DNA of 64,000 bases from the human T2T-CHM13v2.0 reference genome, Homo sapiens: the NCBI GenBank assembly GCA_009914755.4, contig CP086569.2, positions 5,888,001 to 5,952,000 on the forward strand, in the 5' to 3' direction. A program made the translations under genes and the position numbers. This document shows, piece by piece, positions 53,701 through 64,000 of this stretch; the first letter of the stretch is position 1, and the number at the start of each line of letters is the position of its first letter. The notes beneath the pieces were generated by a model. The model did no database searches and had not been told where the DNA came from. It saw nothing but the letters and a program-made list of their open reading frames with translations.

Positions 53701-56700
53701 ACACACACATACATATATGCTTGGCCACTTTAATTCCTCTATAATGGAATTCTGAGCAGCATGCTTGAGGGTAAATATCAGGACCTGCAGGCAGTCAGCC
53801 TGTGCTAGAAATACTCAGTGTGTTTTTTCACATTATACACTTTCATCTTCTGAGTGTACTGCCTGAGGCTATTGTTCTCTTCATATCTTGCAGATCTTTC
53901 TGGGGAAAAGGCAACATGCATCAACAGGTTTTTTGCTAAGGGTCTTCTAATTAATTGGAGGACTTTTCAGTTGAAAAATATCTAAGGACAAGATTTTTTC
54001 TCTTTTGGCTCAGGAAACTGCAGGCATCAGTTGCACACCAATATTTAACTGTAACACAGCTATTAAGTCATATCCATTGCCTTAAACAAAATGTACAGAA
54101 TTCAGTATTTTTAGTTACACCAAACACTATATAGGGTTTGCAGTTAATCATTTTTATATTCTATATTCTCTTTGATATTGAACATAGAACTTCAAGAAGA
54201 GGGTCACACAATGATTTATTCAGCAAATATTTATAGAGTTGTGTGTATCAAAAACTGTGGTAAGTGCTGAGATTAGAAAACATACCATGTATCTGCTTTC
54301 AACATGTTCTCATTCTATTAAATGTTGTAATAACACAACATTGAGTCCTAAAAGTGTCAAAAGAGAAGTACACACAAAAAAAGAGCTAGGCAAATACATT
54401 ATGACAACTTAGAGCTGGTGTCAGTTAAAGACAGATCTTCAAGGAGCATAAATGCCAGGAAAGAAAGTTTAGAACAAACTGTCTACATAAAGGCAAGTTT
54501 TTTTTGTTATTGTTTTTTCATAGGAAAATAAGATCTGAGTTTCACGAAGGTTATAAGACTAACTGCAATATATAGGATGGGTTGAAGATCAGCAAGAGAA
54601 ACAGAAGGTGAGTTATGAGTTTTATTAAGTGGTTCAACTAATAGCTGATGGTGGCCTGGGCAAGGAAAGTGGAAGAAAGGACTGGAAGAAAGAGGCAGAT
54701 GCAAGAATCATTGCAAAGATAAAATGCAAAAGTCTTGGAATGAGTTTTCAAGTTGAGGCTAGTAAAAAATATTGTGGGATTCTTGGCATTCATCTATCCA
54801 TCAAATTATTCAATGAATCTTTATTAAGATTCAAGATTATTATTGATCTTCATTATTATTTGAGATTATTAAATTTATTATTCACTGAATAATAAATATT
54901 CAATGAATATTTAATACTATGCAACAAGCACTGTGCTGGGTTCTGGAGGTACAGCAATGAATATGGGGTTAATGGTCCCTGACTTCTTTAAGCTTTATGT
55001 ACAGGGAGAGACAGATAATAAATAAAAGTCACAAGCAATTGTAAATGCTGTGAAGGAAACTTTGGGATGCTGAAAGAGAGTAACAGACGGTAGTGATGGT
55101 TGGTATAACAGACAGAACTATTGGATTTTGGGAACTAAGTGAAGCTTTCTCCAAGGAATTCCTATTTGATATATCAGAAAGAGCAACCATTGCAAAAGAG
55201 TGAGAAAACAGCTGCCAACTCTCTAGAATAGGACAATTTTGGCATAGTTCTGTGTTTGAAGAAAAGAGAGTTGCTAATGTGCAGAATAATGCTGAGAATT
55301 TGAGTAAGAGGAAAATGGTAAAGTAACCAGTGGTTTTAATAATACAGATGGGAATGCTGTCCTTGATAAAAGTAGTTCCAGTGGAATGAGACCAAAACCA
55401 AATTGAACTGAACTGAAAAGCCAGTGGGAAGAAATGAGAGAAGTGGGTACAGCATGCTTAGTGGAGAAAAGTAATGAAGGGGTAGGCGGCAGGGGCTTAA
55501 ACAATGGGAAAAATTCTAATTTATAAAAGCAATATAAGAATTTAGATCACAGTTGTATATGTATACTGAGCTGGTAGAGATAGAGGGATTAACGTACATG
55601 AGAAAATAAAATTGAGAGCAGTGGATTTTTGTTTCTAGCACCTACAGTGCACTCTCACCTTGCCTGTGAGTTGGATAAATGGCTGAAAGCTGATTCTTTT
55701 TCAAAGTTGATTTCAATTTGGGAAAGAAGGGAGTAGGGAACAAAATGACATTGTAAACTGGATAGCAAAATAAGGATATTGAGTACATAGAGGAAGAGCT
55801 CAGGCACAAGAAGATCTTGTTCCTCAAACCACATGCTGCCTACTTTCTCATCTAGCTTCACATTAGCCCTACTCCAATTTCCAAAAGAACAATGATTGTT
55901 TCATTTAATCTAACCAAGAGCATTTTACACATCCTACCATATACATCTGTCATCTCAAAGAGGAAAGAGTATTTTAAGACTACAAATAAAAATAATGTAA
56001 TATTAAATTAAAATCAAGTAACAAATCTAGCTTCATTGAAAATCTGTCTATAATGATATCTTATTTTTTTTAAATTCTGCCGTGGAGTAGTGAAAATATT
56101 ATCCCAGTCTTGTGTCTGTCTGGAAATCAGTATTGGGAAATCACTAGAGTGATTGCTTTATGAAATCACTTCCTATTCAAATTCTATAATTCAGTTAATA
56201 ATTACAAAACATATCATATTTGAAGTAAAATAATTTCCTTTTTTATCTTCCATTCAAATATATCACAAATAACTCTTTCTTTCCAAGTCATCTTTGCAGT
56301 TCTTTCACCTATATAGGGATCTAAAGCAACACTTTGACACTCTCATCCATTTCAAAAGTCTCGTCTCCCAACTTTTCAGAGCCCACAGCATTTACAATAA
56401 ACATATCTCTCTGCACAGAAGATAATAGCTGGTTCTACGTTATCTGTCAGCCTAAATGTTGATTAAGACCTCAGTAATCACACTCCACCCTGCACAGATC
56501 TAAAATCACAAAATGCAGATTAATTCATGAGAACAGAAGGAAAGAATTGAAAGAAAAATGCTGTCTTGCTCAAAGAAAGGAAAACACAAAAGAAGTCCCA
56601 CTGCCTGCCTCATTTGGATATTTTTATTTTTAAAGTGTTCAAGCATCCTAGTATTTTTTTCATCACCCTTAAAGAGACAATTAAATATTGCATCAAATAG

Positions 56701-58662
56701 GATATTTAAAAAGATGACATGTTATAACAGGGGGACTCTAAACATGAGAATTATCACTGGCTCACTGAGACCTCTGATCTGCAGGCATATGATTGACGAC
56801 GCCTTTCTAATTCCAATAGCATGGGCCTGCAGCAAATTTTATTTTACTGCAAGGTCTACTTTATTGAATTCACTGCCTGTCCTAATTCTATATATTTTTG
56901 ATTAGTGGACCTTCAAAACTGATGTTAGTAAAAGGAAATTGTTTTCTGACATGCTAACATTTTAAAGCTAATCATTTTTTTTTAAATAAGCAGTTGAGTT
57001 TGCAGCATTCTGCTCCTGTTATGTTTTATTAGTGTTTGTACTTTAATTTGGTATGTTTGTTTTGGCATCACTCCAGCAGTAGGTCCAATTATAAAAATAG
57101 AAACAATTAGATTCACTGTGGTGACTGATATAAGCATTCCAAGCTTAGCTTTTAAAACAAAATGGTAGACTTGGCTCTTTCCAGAGTCCTGCAAATAAAA
57201 TGTATTGATTCTGTAGGGTTTTCTCTACTGTAGCTTTTTGAAATTTTGTCCCCACTCTTCACATGTCCAAATCCACAATCCCCTAAACAGCTTTTATTGA
57301 AAACCACAACCTCATCTCCTCCTTTTTTGAAGCAATTAAGTCCATCTAACTGGAGAGCCCAAGTACAGTTTATTTTCCTCTTTAAAATCTCTCTCCAGTG
57401 CTTTCTACACTATTGTCAAGTAATAGGGCCTTAATAAATCTTTATTAAATGACAGGTTGAATGAACTTGTCCTCTCTTCTCTTTTCTCTGACTTGCAGTA
57501 AAAGAAATTTCATTTTTCCAAGACTAACCTTTGTCAGTGATGTAGAATTTATCTGATTCTTTCCACTCAGGCCTTCTTCAAGACCTTGATTCATCATGTA
57601 TTTCTTCTAAGTCTAACTGTCTTTGGTATTCATTTCTTCATTGGCCACTGTGTGGCTTCCTAATAACACAGACAAATTTCTCAGTTTTGTGAAAGGCCTA
57701 AAGGGAATGGTGATTTGGACAAGGTATCTGCATTGGAATACTAGTTTGGTAGGCAATATGCTGTTGCTTTATATCTGTGTGGTGGAAATAAAACCATACA
57801 CTTGTGTGCTTTCCATATCTGAGTTTTATCTTAAAATAAAAAGGCAAAAATAAAAACAAGCAAAAAAAGAAACACATCGAGGACAAGAGGTTCCTTAAGG
57901 CTGATACAACTTAACATAGAGACCAGACCTGAAGAATCTCTTAGAAGAAAACAACAGGCCTCAGAAGTGACTTCAACCTTACTTGATTCGCAAACATAAG
58001 CAAAACTTAACTTCAGCTCTTTCTTGTAAATGTTTATATCTAAAAAAAAGAATGTAAACTCAACCAATTAGAAGCAGTTAACAAACTTATATGATTAGGA
58101 CTTCCCGATGGGACTGATCAAATGAGGCAACTGTGTAATTGTAACCAATCAAATACCATCTGCTTTAGTTCTGTGTGTGTTTTATAAAATTCTCCCCATT
58201 GTTTTCCCTTGATGGAGCTCCTGAATGGCTTCTACTTTGGAGCTGCACAATTCATGGAATATTTCTTGCTCAAACTCTTTAAAAATGTGCCTCAGTTTAC
58301 CTTTTAAGATTAGAAATGTAAGGCATTGGCTTCACAAGGTGAACAATTTCTAAAGGCTAAATAGTAACTCCTCTTCTAAGTCAAGCAATTTTCAATGCTT
58401 GTTTCAACAAAATTGAATGACTTGCAGTTGTCATGTATATAGTTTTCGGTATTTAATACATGAAGAATTCAAAGAATTGAGTGAAATTGCTTTAAAAATT
58501 CATTCTTCCATTCCTATATACATATTCACGGGAACAAAGTCTCTTTTTGACACTTCCATCCATAGAGAGAAAAAAGTAAAAATTGAATTAATAATGAATG
58601 CTGTCTCACTCTGGCATTTAGCAATAGTTTTCTAGTCTACAAGAGAGAATGAGAGTAAATGA

Positions 58663-59030
<368 letters not shown>

Positions 59031-60319
59031 AATGTATTTTAATCAATATTAACATTGTATGTTTAACAAGTATTTTCCAAAAAAATTTAACATACTCTTT
59101 TCAATGAATTGTATGCTCTATTAATTGAAACCTGCAAGTATGTTTTTCAAAACAATAAGGGTAGTTTTTTTTTTATTGTTGCATTTCACATGGTTTTTTT
59201 TGCGTCCTTCTTTGTACTTTTTGTATTTTCAAATCTTACAGTAGGCTCATTTTTCACTGAATAAAGCAATAAGCTATTAAAGTTATTAAAAAATACTTTC
59301 CCTTGAAAACACCTCCCTAAAGCTATTAATCTTTTTTCTTGTTTGCTTATCTCCTTTTCATCATTATTCACTCATTTCATTTTCCAAAAGAATCCTGCCC
59401 CTACTACTCCACTGAAAATATACTCTTCAAGGTCAACCTTACCATTACAAAATCTTCTGTCTTTACTTTCTTTGACAGCTCTCCACAACATTCAGTATAG
59501 TCAACTTGACTGAGCCTTGCAAAATGTGTCCCTTGGCTATTCACTCCCTTGTTTTCTTTCCCTTTCTGCTCGCATCTTTGATTGGCTTTATTATGTCATC
59601 TGCTAGTTGTAAAATGTAAACCCAAGCCTAAATATTTAGGATACCACTAGCTATGTGTCTCCAGGTCAGTATGTCATGGTTGAATGACTTTCCAGCCTGC
59701 GTTCACCATTCAGAGTGTTCCCTGACCTTCAGTCATAGTTCTGTAACTTCCATTTTCAATGGAATATCTTGACACCACCTTAAACTCAACATGTCTAAAA
59801 CCACATCTGTTGCTCCAAGTCAGTTTTCCCTCTAGACCATACTTGTTCTGCCACAAAACTAGATCACAACTTCCTTGCTTTTGCAATAGCCTTTGGGAAA
59901 ATACAAGAAAAAGTCACAAAGTGATCTTAAGCTACAGTACTAAGATGAAAACAGAACACACAGAAAGTCTGAATACAAGATTATTTATTTTTCGATCTGA
60001 TTTCATAGAAGAAATTAGACCAATATATTATTATGTTAGTTTAAGCATGGCCATAAAAGTAAATTTGGCTTCAAATTTGGAGTCAGTCAGTCTCTAGAGA
60101 GAAATGTGTTCATTACCAGGATTAGCAGCATTTTATCCTCCAAGTCATTTGGGTCACAAATCATGGGGAGGTACAATTCTCTGTTTTATAAACCTCATAT
60201 TCAGTCTTTTGCCTACTCTTTCAAGTATTTTTGAATGCCTTTTGCTGTTTGTTACGTTTGCACTTCCACGAAATACCTAATTCAGGACATGTTCACTTAC
60301 ATTAAGATGTTACAACACT

Positions 60320-64000
<3,681 letters not shown>

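Overview
This window is primate (human-like) nuclear genomic DNA, not a prokaryotic locus. There are no operons, RBS-led gene arrays or CRISPR arrays. It is saturated with primate retroelements: at least 15 Alu copies, several L1 elements (including a young L1PA with recognisable ORF1/ORF2 on the minus strand at 60.3–64 kb and an older L1 at 9.8–15.1 kb), MaLR (THE1/MST-type) LTR elements, and a class I (gamma-like) ERV pol remnant. Most six-frame ORFs in the track are translations of these repeats or of a GC-rich island. The interpretable gene content falls into two groups.

1. TSPY locus. A head-to-head pair of TSPY (testis-specific protein Y-encoded, NAP/SET family) sequences sits at 36.9–40.1 kb around a CpG-rich spacer. 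The plus-strand copy keeps the TSPY exon–intron structure (exons 1–5 found). It has a TAG at codon 13, a 1-bp deletion in exon 3 and damaged splice donors, so it is an unprocessed pseudogene. The minus-strand copy is only a degraded exon-1 fragment. The locus is bracketed by ~1.45 kb direct repeats 10.2 kb apart.

2. Serine-protease relic. Exons of a trypsin-like (S1) serine protease lie at 27.4–30.8 kb in permuted order (exon-4-like and Ser exon first, then His and Asp exons). The catalytic Asp and Ser are replaced (H/N/L instead of H/D/S) and there is an in-frame stop.

This content is consistent with a Y-chromosomal or Y-derived, testis-gene-bearing, repeat-rich region. I see no evidence of a novel molecular system. 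The interesting points are structural: the palindromic TSPY arrangement, its flanking direct repeats, and the scrambled pseudoprotease. All coordinates of repeat boundaries are approximate (±50 bp), read by eye against remembered consensus sequences.
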